IMG/VR virus record: IMGVR_UViG_3300037067_016575
Length of the DNA: 20,000 bases
Direction: 5' to 3' (one strand)
Source of the DNA: an uncultured virus (IMG/VR IMGVR_UViG_3300037067_016575)
Taxonomy: Duplodnaviria > Heunggongvirae > Uroviricota > Caudoviricetes
Position numbers and translations under genes: made by a program. Positions 7,824 to 15,729 of this stretch are shown one piece after another. Under the pieces are notes generated by a model. The model ran no database searches and had not been told where the DNA came from. It saw nothing but the letters and a program-made list of their open reading frames with translations. How positions within the stretch are numbered: the stretch's first letter is position 1; every line of letters begins with the position of its first letter.

Positions 7824-8306
7824 TTACCTCTTAAATATCATTGTGCTTTTTCCATTAATCCCCAGCACTTCACGTTCTGTACCTTGAATAATTCGCATTA
7901 ACCGATCAATCCAATCGGAATATCTGTGGCAATTTATTGTAAACCGTTTATCCCCAAGAATACAACAAGGCACTACGGCAAAGGGAATATTATTTATTTT
8001 GGCGTATTGAATTATTTCTACCGTTGCCTCGTCTGGATGCATTCCGACGATTAATGAACTGCTTTTTATTTTTTCTTCTTTTGTGAACCATTTGCGAATG
8101 AGTGTCACTTTCTTTAAAAATAGTTGCGAAACGTTCTGTAATCTCGGTTTTGGCTCGAAGACGGTAACCGAATACCCATACTGATACAAACATTTCGAGA
8201 GTTCAAGGTTTCCGTCGGCGATTACTAGAACAGTCGGATATTTTTCGGGGGGGTATTTATAATAAATGTTTTTTGAAAAAATTTCAAATCTCCTTGGATC
8301 TCCCAT
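7824..8306 (-). CDS. putative class I SAM-dependent methyltransferase-fold protein (160 aa)
   Basis: start ATG 8306; motif-I-like VLVIADGNLELS, TVFEP, LIVGMHPDEAT and PFAVVPCC. Confidence 0.6.
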   Translation of the reverse strand: MGDPRRFEIFSKNIYYKYPPEKYPTVLVIADGNLELSKCLYQYGYSVTVFEPKPRLQNVSQLFLKKVTLIRKWFTKEEKIKSSSLIVGMHPDEATVEIIQYAKINNIPFAVVPCCILGDKRFTINCHRYSDWIDRLMRIIQGTEREVLGINGKSTMIFKR

Positions 8307-8342
8307 AACATCTCCCCCAATATGTATATACAGATCCCTTAT

Positions 8343-8367
8343 TTCCCGGAGCGAACCGGAAAAAAGG
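8343..8367 (-). repeat. intergenic hairpin element, copy 7 (6-nt loop)
   Basis: ttcccggagcgaaccggaaaaaagg. Confidence 0.9.
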
Positions 8368-8373
8368 TAAAAA

Positions 8374-8604
8374 TTATCGGAAAATTTTATGCAGGATTTC
8401 GGATGAATCAAAATCGTCTCCATATTGAAGGGATTTGTCCAGTTCCAAAAACTCCCTAATCGTTTCCGGGGATGTTGACTTTTTTATATTACAATACTTG
8501 ATTAAATCCTGTAAACAGTCGTCACAGATATACCCGAATTCCTCATTATATCTACGACATAGGATATGTTCACAGCCTTCTTTAGAACACGGCATTACAC
8601 CCAT
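8374..8604 (-). CDS. small putative Zn-binding protein (76 aa)
   Basis: CxxxxCxxxxC...ICDDC; GAGGTAA RBS. Confidence 0.8.
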   Translation of the reverse strand: MGVMPCSKEGCEHILCRRYNEEFGYICDDCLQDLIKYCNIKKSTSPETIREFLELDKSLQYGDDFDSSEILHKIFR

Positions 8605-8607
8605 AAT

Positions 8608-8856
8608 TTACCTCGTAATGATTTCCTGATTTCCAATTTCCATTAGTTTTTCACGGAGATGGTCTTCTGATACCTGTACTGTTTTTGCTGCTGTTACGAC
8701 CATCGTATCAACAAGCTGCCACGTTTTAATCTGCTCATCCGTCAGAAAGCTTTTGATCTGTTCCGTCGCCATATTCAACGTTGCCTTGTAGATCTCGTGA
8801 GCTCTCTCCGCTTCCATATGACGGCGCATTTCTGCGATGGTATCGTCTGATGACAT
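8608..8856 (-). CDS. hypothetical helical protein (82 aa)
   Basis: ORF, GAGGTGA RBS. Confidence 0.8.
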   Translation of the reverse strand: MSSDDTIAEMRRHMEAERAHEIYKATLNMATEQIKSFLTDEQIKTWQLVDTMVVTAAKTVQVSEDHLREKLMEIGNQEIITR

Positions 8857-8877
8857 CGTTTTTCACCTCTTTTTTTT

Positions 8878-8894
8878 GTATATCGCCGTTATAC
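8878..8894. promoter_or_regulatory. GTATA-N7-TATAC palindrome
   Basis: gtata-tcgccgt-tatac. Confidence 0.7.
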
Positions 8895-8928
8895 AGCGTA
8901 TTCAACTGCTCCTCTGAAATACCCGTTC

Positions 8929-8954
8929 TCCGGAACGTGAACCGGAAAAATGGG
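8929..8954 (-). repeat. intergenic hairpin element, copy 8 (long composite form)
   Basis: tccggaacgtgaaccggaaaaatggg abutting TAA at 8955. Confidence 0.95.
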
Positions 8955-9605
8955 TTAAAATGGTTTCATCCATTTTATTTTGTTGTTTGAGTTTTCCGGG
9001 GTAAAACTTGCCTTGTTAATGGGACTTGTCCACCCGTTCTTTTTCAGCCATCGTTTAACATCTGCGAGTTTCGGATCTCGATCCGATTTTCCATCGATCT
9101 CAAAGAGCGAGTTATTTAAATATACTTCGAAAAATAGTGATCCTTGCCGATCATCAATAGGTAACCGGAAGTACTCTTTGAACTGATCTGTTGATATATC
9201 CTGTTTAACCGTGGGGTCTTTCTTGAAATCGTAATGAGTGATCGTCCCGATAAAACCTTTCTCGATCATTGCGAATACATTTTTTAGTGTATCCGGATCT
9301 TCGTGAGTGATTAATAAACACCCGATTTCACAATAATCGTTTCGTGAAAATATTGTGTGGTTGATGAAATCGATCAGGACTAATCCGTATTCGTCTGGAT
9401 CAATCTCATTAATGAGTTTTGACTTCGGCCATTCGTTTTCGGGTTTGGCATCATTAATGAACTTGTTCAACTCTTTGCCTTGCTCCAAGAAAGAAGGCTG
9501 CATGAAACTCCACGGGAGTATATTTGTCCATGTGCTCATCAGTACTTCTTTGATTGTTCCTTTTTTGTCTTTGTACCTAATACCTACGAAAATTCCTCCG
9601 CCCAT
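8955..9605 (-). CDS. hypothetical protein (216 aa)
   Basis: start moved to ATG 9605 (MGGGIF) after GAGGTGA; the ORF-track extension translates the repeat. Confidence 0.85.
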   Translation of the reverse strand: MGGGIFVGIRYKDKKGTIKEVLMSTWTNILPWSFMQPSFLEQGKELNKFINDAKPENEWPKSKLINEIDPDEYGLVLIDFINHTIFSRNDYCEIGCLLITHEDPDTLKNVFAMIEKGFIGTITHYDFKKDPTVKQDISTDQFKEYFRLPIDDRQGSLFFEVYLNNSLFEIDGKSDRDPKLADVKRWLKKNGWTSPINKASFTPENSNNKIKWMKPF

Positions 9606-9624
9606 AGTTTCACCTCTGAAACTT

Positions 9625-9641
9625 GTATACCGTCGATATAC
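9625..9641. promoter_or_regulatory. GTATA-N7-TATAC palindrome
   Basis: gtata-ccgtcga-tatac. Confidence 0.7.
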
Positions 9642-9674
9642 GACGAATTCAACTGCTCCTCTAAAATACCCGTT

Positions 9675-9700
9675 CTCCGGAACCTGAACCGGAAAAAAGG
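9675..9700 (-). repeat. intergenic hairpin element, copy 9 (long composite form)
   Basis: ctccggaacctgaaccggaaaaaagg abutting TAA at 9701. Confidence 0.95.
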
Positions 9701-9895
9701 TTAATGTTGAATCATTTCGATAGCTGGTGTCCCGGGCATTCGAAAATGATGATCTGTCATTTCGTGGCCGCATTCGGGGCAACGGAATGTTAGTTCAACT
9801 TGAGGATTGTTTGGATCTGACCAGATTTCGATTTTTGTTAAATTCATCATTACACCGGCATGCCCGGTTCCATGACAGTTACAATGGATCGTCAT
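9701..9895 (-). CDS. small Zn-ribbon protein (64 aa)
   Basis: CNCH...CPECG. Confidence 0.75.
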   Translation of the reverse strand: MTIHCNCHGTGHAGVMMNLTKIEIWSDPNNPQVELTFRCPECGHEMTDHHFRMPGTPAIEMIQH

Positions 9896-10105
9896 CTAAT
9901 CATCTCCGTTTGTGCTTGTTGATGCAACGGATTTTATCCCCTTGATCCTGTACATCATTTGTGTTTTTCCGATTGTGTTCCCTTCAATTTCGACGGCTTG
10001 GTTATTTTCTGCCTTTGACATCTCATTGGCGAGTTTCCGAAGCTCTTTTGTTACCTGTTTCTGAGTTAATTTCTCAGAAAACAGTAGCATGATATCTGTA
10101 CCCAT
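9896..10105 (-). CDS. hypothetical protein (69 aa)
   Basis: ORF abutting next gene. Confidence 0.7.
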   Translation of the reverse strand: MGTDIMLLFSEKLTQKQVTKELRKLANEMSKAENNQAVEIEGNTIGKTQMMYRIKGIKSVASTSTNGDD

Positions 10106-10122
10106 CTGTTATCACACCGGGG

Positions 10123-10845
10123 TTAATGTTTGTGCACGTACTGAGGGGTCTGGACAGTGATTACAACGCCTTTAGGGATCTGGTCGCGATTGATATCTTC
10201 GCAGTTACCCCCTTCGGAGTCGCATTGCCAATACGAACCTGCATACGTATAATACGTGTAAACATGAATATCTGCGTCCGGGTCGTCCAGAATATACCGG
10301 TCACCGTATTCATATCCCGTGTTGTAATCGTATTCTCCATTCTCTAACACGTAATACTGGTTTTCGTTATACCGGTACTGAGGATAGAGAACATTCGCCC
10401 GTGGACTGTAAGGATACGTATCACAGTTATCCACGGTGTAAATCGTGCCGTACCCTTCCTGCGTCCCGGTAACCTGACAGGTATACATTTCGTTGGGGTA
10501 TTGATCTCGCCATGAGAAATAGTCCGGGAACACGAGCACAACGTTATCCGTGGTTTGTACGGTGAATTCACGGTCAATCTGGTATGCGGAGTTATATTGT
10601 GCCGCGTGGGTCTCATAGACCGTATACGTGATGGTCGAGGGATACGTTGGGGTTGCTACTGCCGCTGCCGCTACGGTTCCCGCTGTTACATCGGTGTTTA
10701 CCGGGGCTTTTATGAAGGTCATCCCGCCGCCAGTTGCTATTAGGTAGCACGCTGTTCCTACGATTAATAACCCTGCAATTACGACGCCTACGGCTACGAT
10801 AACTGCAAGTTTTCCGCTTAAAGGGGTTGGTTGGTTTTCTGTCAT
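10123..10845 (-). CDS. membrane-anchored Thr/Tyr-rich surface protein (240 aa)
   Basis: N-terminal hydrophobic helix, Ala/Thr linker, Tyr-rich domain with Cys pairs; GGAGG RBS. Confidence 0.85.
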   Translation of the reverse strand: MTENQPTPLSGKLAVIVAVGVVIAGLLIVGTACYLIATGGGMTFIKAPVNTDVTAGTVAAAAVATPTYPSTITYTVYETHAAQYNSAYQIDREFTVQTTDNVVLVFPDYFSWRDQYPNEMYTCQVTGTQEGYGTIYTVDNCDTYPYSPRANVLYPQYRYNENQYYVLENGEYDYNTGYEYGDRYILDDPDADIHVYTYYTYAGSYWQCDSEGGNCEDINRDQIPKGVVITVQTPQYVHKH

Positions 10846-10869
10846 AGTATTTCCTCCGTGTTTTTGTTT

Positions 10870-11136
10870 TTAAAAGATATCTGCCACGAACAGGGCAGGT
10901 AATGCCGGGTTACCCCATCCACCATACGGGATAATTATCCAGTCGAGACCGGAATATTCCGTATCTGCTACATCGTATGCTGCGCTTGCATTACCATACG
11001 TCGAGACATAAAAATACTTGTGTCTGTTAATCACAATGTATTCCCGACCGAGATATGTCTTTTTTCGTTTATCTTTTGGAGTGATTGTATCCTGTTGGAT
11101 TTTAATGTGTTTTTCGATTGATACGCCTTTTGCCAT
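10870..11136 (-). CDS. hypothetical protein (88 aa)
   Basis: ORF in tight operon. Confidence 0.75.
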   Translation of the reverse strand: MAKGVSIEKHIKIQQDTITPKDKRKKTYLGREYIVINRHKYFYVSTYGNASAAYDVADTEYSGLDWIIIPYGGWGNPALPALFVADIF

Positions 11137-11140
11137 GTTC

Positions 11141-11551
11141 TCACTCCCTGATCTCTTTTTGTTCCTTCTCGATCAATGCTGCGAGTTCTGCCCTTGCATC
11201 TGCAAGATCTTTACGTGCTCCGTCAAGACGAGCGGCTTCCGTCTGGATGAGATCTACCCTCATGTTCGGGACAAGCCACATCAGAGAGTTTACCGCCCAT
11301 CCTGCCATTTCTAACGAGGTTATCGGCACGGTTGCAGATCTTATTTTTCCCTCGTCTGCCGCATTATACATCTGGTTTTTGACTTCCGCCGCCTTGTCAA
11401 TAAGGGACTTTTCGATCTCGTCTGCCAGATTTCGTATCGATGTCTCTTTAGATTTCACATACTGATCGTATGAGAAAATTTTGCCTTCCAACCTCTCCCT
11501 CGGGGTTAATTGAACCGGGGGAACTACCGGGACTTTTGGTTTTATTGTCAT
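11141..11551 (-). CDS. hypothetical coiled-coil protein (136 aa)
   Basis: ORF, GAGGTGA RBS, heptad-like A/E/K/L composition. Confidence 0.85.
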   Translation of the reverse strand: MTIKPKVPVVPPVQLTPRERLEGKIFSYDQYVKSKETSIRNLADEIEKSLIDKAAEVKNQMYNAADEGKIRSATVPITSLEMAGWAVNSLMWLVPNMRVDLIQTEAARLDGARKDLADARAELAALIEKEQKEIRE

Positions 11552-11555
11552 GATA

Positions 11556-11720
11556 TCACCTCGTGGTTTCCGGAATCAGATGCCCCTCGTCATCATAAGG
11601 GCAGTTTTCCAAGTCTGGTTCACCCGGGCAAATATCTCCTTTTCGCTCGGGGCATTTTAGACATAGACATTTCTTGCATTGTTTTTCCGTGCCGGGACAT
11701 TTATTACAACCCATTGCCAT
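11556..11720 (-). CDS. small Cys-rich protein (54 aa, 8 Cys)
   Basis: hand-translated MAMGCNKCPGTEKQCKKCLCLKCPERKGDICPGEPDLENCPYDDEGHLIPETTR; GAGGTAA RBS; below ORF-track cutoff. Confidence 0.75.
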   Translation of the reverse strand: MAMGCNKCPGTEKQCKKCLCLKCPERKGDICPGEPDLENCPYDDEGHLIPETTR

Positions 11721-11739
11721 GATTTTACCTCTGAAACTT

Positions 11740-11756
11740 GTATACCGTCGATATAC
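11740..11756. promoter_or_regulatory. GTATA-N7-TATAC palindrome
   Basis: gtata-ccgtcga-tatac. Confidence 0.7.
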
Positions 11757-11790
11757 GACGTATTCAACTACTTACCTGAAATGCCTCGTT

Positions 11791-11816
11791 CTCCGGAACG
11801 TGAACCGGAAAAAGGG
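11791..11816 (-). repeat. intergenic hairpin element, copy 10 (long composite form)
   Basis: ctccggaacgtgaaccggaaaaaggg after tandem TAG TAA. Confidence 0.95.
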
Positions 11817-11819
11817 TTA

Positions 11820-12506
11820 CTATTTATTACAGAAAATTGGTTTATATTCGGGAGGTTCCCCGGCATATGCAACACAAATTGCATTTTTTACTTTTTCTGG
11901 GAGCATTGCGTACCGATCTCTCCCCTGATTTTTTACGGCGTCACAATACATTTTATATCCCTCATCCCATGGGGCGGAGAAATGAGTTTGATGATCCCCC
12001 CAATGTACAAATTTCGGGCGGAATATATCAGATCGGGATATCCATTTTTGAAGGAACGTTCCTTGTTCTGCCAGATAGTTGATACGCCCCGTTATTTCAC
12101 CACACGAATCGCGGCAATCGTGATCCCCTACCCATATTTTATGTGAGCCGACGGTTTCTACCCCCCCACTACACCCGGGCATATACCACGGGTCTTGAGA
12201 GACATATTCCGAAATGAGATCTGCCTGTTCTGGTGAATACTTGCTGAAACAGTAAACAAGAAGGTCTCTGAAATAATCTTCTTGCTTCTTCGGTTCCCAT
12301 TCAAAATAGTAATTTCCCCCATTGACACTCCCCCCATTATAATAGGTGTCAAAGGTTAGCACAATCCCGTAGTTTTCGTGAAAAAATACGTAAAATGTGT
12401 CTTTAATATGATCGGGTTCTATTTTTACTTGAAACGGTATTTCAAGGACTTTTTTAAACCCGAAATTCTCAATTTTTTTGATATAGTTTTCTACATTTTT
12501 CTCCAT
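11820..12506 (-). CDS. hypothetical protein (228 aa)
   Basis: ORF, GAGGTGA RBS, bounded by repeat copies. Confidence 0.9.
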   Translation of the reverse strand: MEKNVENYIKKIENFGFKKVLEIPFQVKIEPDHIKDTFYVFFHENYGIVLTFDTYYNGGSVNGGNYYFEWEPKKQEDYFRDLLVYCFSKYSPEQADLISEYVSQDPWYMPGCSGGVETVGSHKIWVGDHDCRDSCGEITGRINYLAEQGTFLQKWISRSDIFRPKFVHWGDHQTHFSAPWDEGYKMYCDAVKNQGRDRYAMLPEKVKNAICVAYAGEPPEYKPIFCNK

Positions 12507-12525
12507 GAGTTCACCTCGTTTTTTC

Positions 12526-12542
12526 GTATACCTTCGATATAC
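12526..12542. promoter_or_regulatory. GTATA-N7-TATAC palindrome
   Basis: gtata-ccttcga-tatac. Confidence 0.7.
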
Positions 12543-12576
12543 GACGTGTTCAACCTCTCCTCTGAAACACCTCGTT

Positions 12577-12602
12577 CTCCGGAGCGCGAACCGGAAAAAA
12601 GG
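12577..12602 (-). repeat. intergenic hairpin element, copy 11 (long composite form)
   Basis: ctccggagcgcgaaccggaaaaaagg. Confidence 0.9.
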
Positions 12603-12630
12603 TTGGTTTTATTTTCCTCAATTATGGGAT

Positions 12631-12789
12631 TTAGTACGTCTCAAACATGAGGTAGGGGCAACTTTCAGGCCCGTCAACCTCTGCATATACCCGCACTTTA
12701 CGACCATCGGGAAGTTTTGCGAAGAGAACGTTGTTTTCAACAATGAGCACGCCCCCAACAACATCTTCCTGACTTAATGTTTCAAACAT
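12631..12789 (-). CDS. small hypothetical protein (52 aa)
   Basis: hand-translated MFETLSQEDVVGGVLIVENNVLFAKLPDGRKVRVYAEVDGPESCPYLMFETY; starts 3 nt after upstream stop. Confidence 0.65.
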   Translation of the reverse strand: MFETLSQEDVVGGVLIVENNVLFAKLPDGRKVRVYAEVDGPESCPYLMFETY

Positions 12790-12792
12790 TTT

Positions 12793-13047
12793 TTACTTCA
12801 TCTCTTTCATGATCTTTGATTTCATATGGCCGGGAACAGCGCAGAATATGGGGGCGTGGGGTTCACTCTCTGACTTGATCCACGAAAACGGTACGGCACT
12901 TCCTACGATAACAAACGCCAGAATTGAGATAAGTGCACCGAAATAGAGGTTGTTTAGGAAAAGTCCTGCCAGTATTCCCCCAACCATCGAGGACAACCCG
13001 ATCCATGCGAGAAGTTTTTCCCCTTTTTCTTTACCGAATTGAATCAT
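12793..13047 (-). CDS. small membrane protein, 2 TM (84 aa)
   Basis: two hydrophobic segments; GGAGGT RBS. Confidence 0.8.
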   Translation of the reverse strand: MIQFGKEKGEKLLAWIGLSSMVGGILAGLFLNNLYFGALISILAFVIVGSAVPFSWIKSESEPHAPIFCAVPGHMKSKIMKEMK

Positions 13048-13337
13048 GTTTTTACCTCCGTAATTTCTCCCTGAATTACACCGTTCGGGTATTCGTAGAC
13101 GATGAATTTGATTTTGGATTCCCCGCCAACGTATAACGTGCCGGAAAACTCGAAAACTGTAATCGCATCCACCGAATACTTTACGTTATCTATGTCCCTC
13201 GGAAATGTGATCCCATTAAATGATGCCTCATATTTTACCGCCGATATCATCGGTTCTCTATCCCTTAAATAACATTCTTTCCGAAGGATCGTTATCTGCC
13301 CTAACTCTATATCGTAGAGTTTTTTTCTTTGCTCCAT
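13044..13337 (-). CDS. hypothetical protein (97 aa)
   Basis: ATGA overlap with downstream gene. Confidence 0.8.
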   Translation of the reverse strand: MEQRKKLYDIELGQITILRKECYLRDREPMISAVKYEASFNGITFPRDIDNVKYSVDAITVFEFSGTLYVGGESKIKFIVYEYPNGVIQGEITEVKT

Positions 13338-13340
13338 GCC

Positions 13341-13703
13341 TCACCTTCTAGTTTTGACGTTCAGGGTTGCTTTTAACCCGTTGTATTCCTCATTATACCC
13401 GAGCCTGCCCCCGAGGAATTTATACACTGAAAACTCCACTCCGTTAATGTAATCGGCGATTTCTCCCGTAAAATATTTTACTGAAAGTTTGCCGTCGATT
13501 AACAGAACAACTTCTGAGAACTTTACAGGGTGTTTGTGGTTTCCAGCACAGTGGACGGTGACGTTATTATATCCGACAACACCGTTTTCTTTTGTTACGG
13601 TGATCGTCGTTGCTTTTTCGGAGTGCACCATTTCCCATAAATCCGGACGGTTGCCGAACATGTTTTCCGGTTTGTCTGATTTAATAAGGCGATCAAAAAT
13701 CAT
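13341..13703 (-). CDS. hypothetical protein (120 aa)
   Basis: ATGA overlap with upstream gene. Confidence 0.8.
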   Translation of the reverse strand: MIFDRLIKSDKPENMFGNRPDLWEMVHSEKATTITVTKENGVVGYNNVTVHCAGNHKHPVKFSEVVLLIDGKLSVKYFTGEIADYINGVEFSVYKFLGGRLGYNEEYNGLKATLNVKTRR

Positions 13704-14191
13704 TTTCTCACCCTCCTATGGGGTCGATATCTCGTTGGTTCTGCCGGGGCGAATACTTTCTTTGGAACGACGGTAATAACTTTTTCTTTCGGAAACGGCG
13801 TGGCGTTCCTCGGAATGTGATTTACCTCGTAGTTTGTACAGTTCTCGCAGGTCGGCGGGGTTCCGTTAAGTAAGTCGTCGAAGTTTATTCCGTTCCTGAA
13901 AACTCCTGAAACGGTTTCCATCGCGGAACGGATCGGATAATACAAATAGGTGATTCCCCCTATAATGAGAAGAAGACCCCCCATGAATCCGACGAGTAAT
14001 ACGGTTTTCGGGAAAAAGGTGTCGATTGTCGGCATTGTCAGGGTTTCACTCCCGGACATACTCCCCGCCGAGAATGACGAGGGGATGGTAAGGACGTTGT
14101 TTAGGGTATCTATCCCGATTTTTGCGAGCAGGACTACCCCGCACACAATAAGCGCGATGCCTACTATTTTCGTCAGAAATTCTTTCCTCAT
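13700..14191 (-). CDS. membrane protein, 2 TM plus CxxC (163 aa)
   Basis: start moved to ATG 14191 (MRKEFL); the extension translates the palindrome. Confidence 0.8.
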   Translation of the reverse strand: MRKEFLTKIVGIALIVCGVVLLAKIGIDTLNNVLTIPSSFSAGSMSGSETLTMPTIDTFFPKTVLLVGFMGGLLLIIGGITYLYYPIRSAMETVSGVFRNGINFDDLLNGTPPTCENCTNYEVNHIPRNATPFPKEKVITVVPKKVFAPAEPTRYRPHRRVRK

Positions 14192-14216
14192 GATACCAAC
14201 TCCGTTGAAATTTTTC

Positions 14217-14233
14217 GTATACCGCCGATATAC
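14217..14233. promoter_or_regulatory. GTATA-N7-TATAC palindrome (no hairpin element here)
   Basis: gtata-ccgccga-tatac. Confidence 0.7.
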
Positions 14234-14240
14234 AGTCCGT

Positions 14241-14546
14241 TTACACATCCACGGTTTTATCCGTATATTTGTAAACTGACCCGTTTAAACACGTTAAATA
14301 TCGGCGTTGTTCAACCTTTGTAACCGGATATATGGTACAGACCTTTACGCAGATCAGGCGCGTACTTTCAAAATACCTGTCTTCTGTGTGATTAACCGTT
14401 ATTGAGCACGATTGATCGATTGTTGATTCTTCCGATGGGGAAAATATACATACGGCAATTATTGCCACAAGAAGAACCACACAGATAACCATACAGATCG
14501 AGAGCCCCCATTCTATTCCGTCCCAATTTTTCCAAAAATTTTTCAT
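14241..14546 (-). CDS. single-TM protein with Cys-containing outer domain (101 aa)
   Basis: N-terminal hydrophobic helix; GAGGTG RBS. Confidence 0.8.
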   Translation of the reverse strand: MKNFWKNWDGIEWGLSICMVICVVLLVAIIAVCIFSPSEESTIDQSCSITVNHTEDRYFESTRLICVKVCTIYPVTKVEQRRYLTCLNGSVYKYTDKTVDV

Positions 14547-14580
14547 TACACCACCTCACTAATGTATATGCATACCCGAA

Positions 14581-14603
14581 TCCCGGAACCCAAACCGGAA
14601 AAA
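14581..14603 (-). repeat. intergenic hairpin element, copy 12
   Basis: tcccggaacccaaaccggaaaaa abutting TAA at 14604. Confidence 0.85.
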
Positions 14604-15128
14604 TTAAACGTGCGTCGTTGGGGATTCTGATACGTATATTACTGCTCCGAAAAAGGTTAGTATGTTCCCCACCCAGAACAGGCACCACATAAGCGTTGTC
14701 GCCACTACAAACGAATAAATTAAGTATCCGTTGTATAAGCACAACCCAAACGCAATTACGCCTATCATTGCGGATATGCTTTTTAATGTTAGTGATGAAG
14801 TCCTTGATGTTAGGTGCGCAATAAATGTGGTTAGTGTGTAAAGCCAGAAAATAATCCACATTCCCGGATCTGCATTGATAAAATTAAATAAATGGTAGTA
14901 AGTTACAACCACAACCGCTGTTGAAATTACCCCAATGAGTTTTCCGAATCCATCTAATGCGGGGATTCTCATTAGGATAAAACCCACACTGCCGGTAACT
15001 ACATACACTCCGAAAAGCAACCAGATCACCGACGGTGCCTTTACAAGGTCATATAAGAGATACGACGCTACGAGACTTGAAACAAGTCCGATGATACTCA
15101 TAAAGATGCTAATTCCTTTACTTGCCAT
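14604..15128 (-). CDS. polytopic membrane protein, ~6 TM, three internal repeats (174 aa)
   Basis: start moved to ATG 15128 (MASKGIS) after GAGGTG; 3x IG[LV][VI]...Y.[LI]...A....W.[LI]F. Confidence 0.85.
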   Translation of the reverse strand: MASKGISIFMSIIGLVSSLVASYLLYDLVKAPSVIWLLFGVYVVTGSVGFILMRIPALDGFGKLIGVISTAVVVVTYYHLFNFINADPGMWIIFWLYTLTTFIAHLTSRTSSLTLKSISAMIGVIAFGLCLYNGYLIYSFVVATTLMWCLFWVGNILTFFGAVIYVSESPTTHV

Positions 15129-15148
15129 GATTCCACCTCGTGAAATTT

Positions 15149-15165
15149 GTATAACGTCGATATAC
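15149..15165. promoter_or_regulatory. GTATA-N7-TATAC palindrome
   Basis: gtata-acgtcga-tatac. Confidence 0.7.
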
Positions 15166-15201
15166 GACGTATTCAAACCACTCGCCTGAAAACACATCGC
15201 T

Positions 15202-15227
15202 CCCCGGAACATGAACCGGGAAAAATG
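15202..15227 (-). repeat. intergenic hairpin element, copy 13 (long composite form)
   Basis: ccccggaacatgaaccgggaaaaatg followed by tta. Confidence 0.9.
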
Positions 15228-15232
15228 TTAAT

Positions 15233-15649
15233 TTATGATGCCGGGCTTTTTGCTTCCCGTTCTGCATCGCGTTTTTCTATGACTTCCCCGGCACCGATAA
15301 GCGCCCCGATAAACTTTTGCTGTACTGGATCAAGGGCGAAACACGCATTAAAGTTACGTGCTTCTTCGAGAGACGCATACACGCCGATCCCATCGAATAT
15401 GACATGTCCTTTCTCGTCGATCCCCATGACTTTGATCGGTGAATACGTGCTTTTCTTCGGCGTATTCCACCAACCATTTTTCGGGTTTTTCGTCTGTGAT
15501 ACTGCCCGTTGCCCGGCTTTTGTGGATTCGATCCAGAACCGGATCATCGTTCGCAGTTTAAACCCATACGGATAATCATCGACGACAAAAGCGGTTTCTT
15601 CGCTCGTGTGTCCAGTAAGCTGTTTTATGAATGGTTTGTGTTCGTACAT
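15233..15649 (-). CDS. conserved hypothetical protein of mobile elements (138 aa)
   Basis: GHTSEETAFVVDDYPYGFKLR...WNTPKKSTY recalls an uncharacterised phage/plasmid family; GAGGTAA RBS. Confidence 0.85.
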   Translation of the reverse strand: MYEHKPFIKQLTGHTSEETAFVVDDYPYGFKLRTMIRFWIESTKAGQRAVSQTKNPKNGWWNTPKKSTYSPIKVMGIDEKGHVIFDGIGVYASLEEARNFNACFALDPVQQKFIGALIGAGEVIEKRDAEREAKSPAS

Positions 15650-15668
15650 GATTTTACCTCGTGTTTTC

Positions 15669-15685
15669 GTATACCGTCGATATAC
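15669..15685. promoter_or_regulatory. GTATA-N7-TATAC palindrome
   Basis: gtata-ccgtcga-tatac. Confidence 0.7.
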
Positions 15686-15691
15686 GGTATA

Positions 15692-15724
15692 CCTGTTTTT
15701 CCGGAACGTGAACCGTAAAACAGG
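15692..15724 (-). repeat. intergenic hairpin element, copy 14 (extended stem)
   Basis: cctgtttttccggaacgtgaaccgtaaaacagg. Confidence 0.9.
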
Positions 15725-15729
15725 CAGAT

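Noticed and set aside
9606..9782. N-terminal extensions of ORFs 4478, 7824, 8955, 13700 and 14604, some sharing peptides such as VYRRYT
   Set aside because: They are translations of the intergenic repeat or palindrome; internal ATGs with better RBS context are the likely starts.
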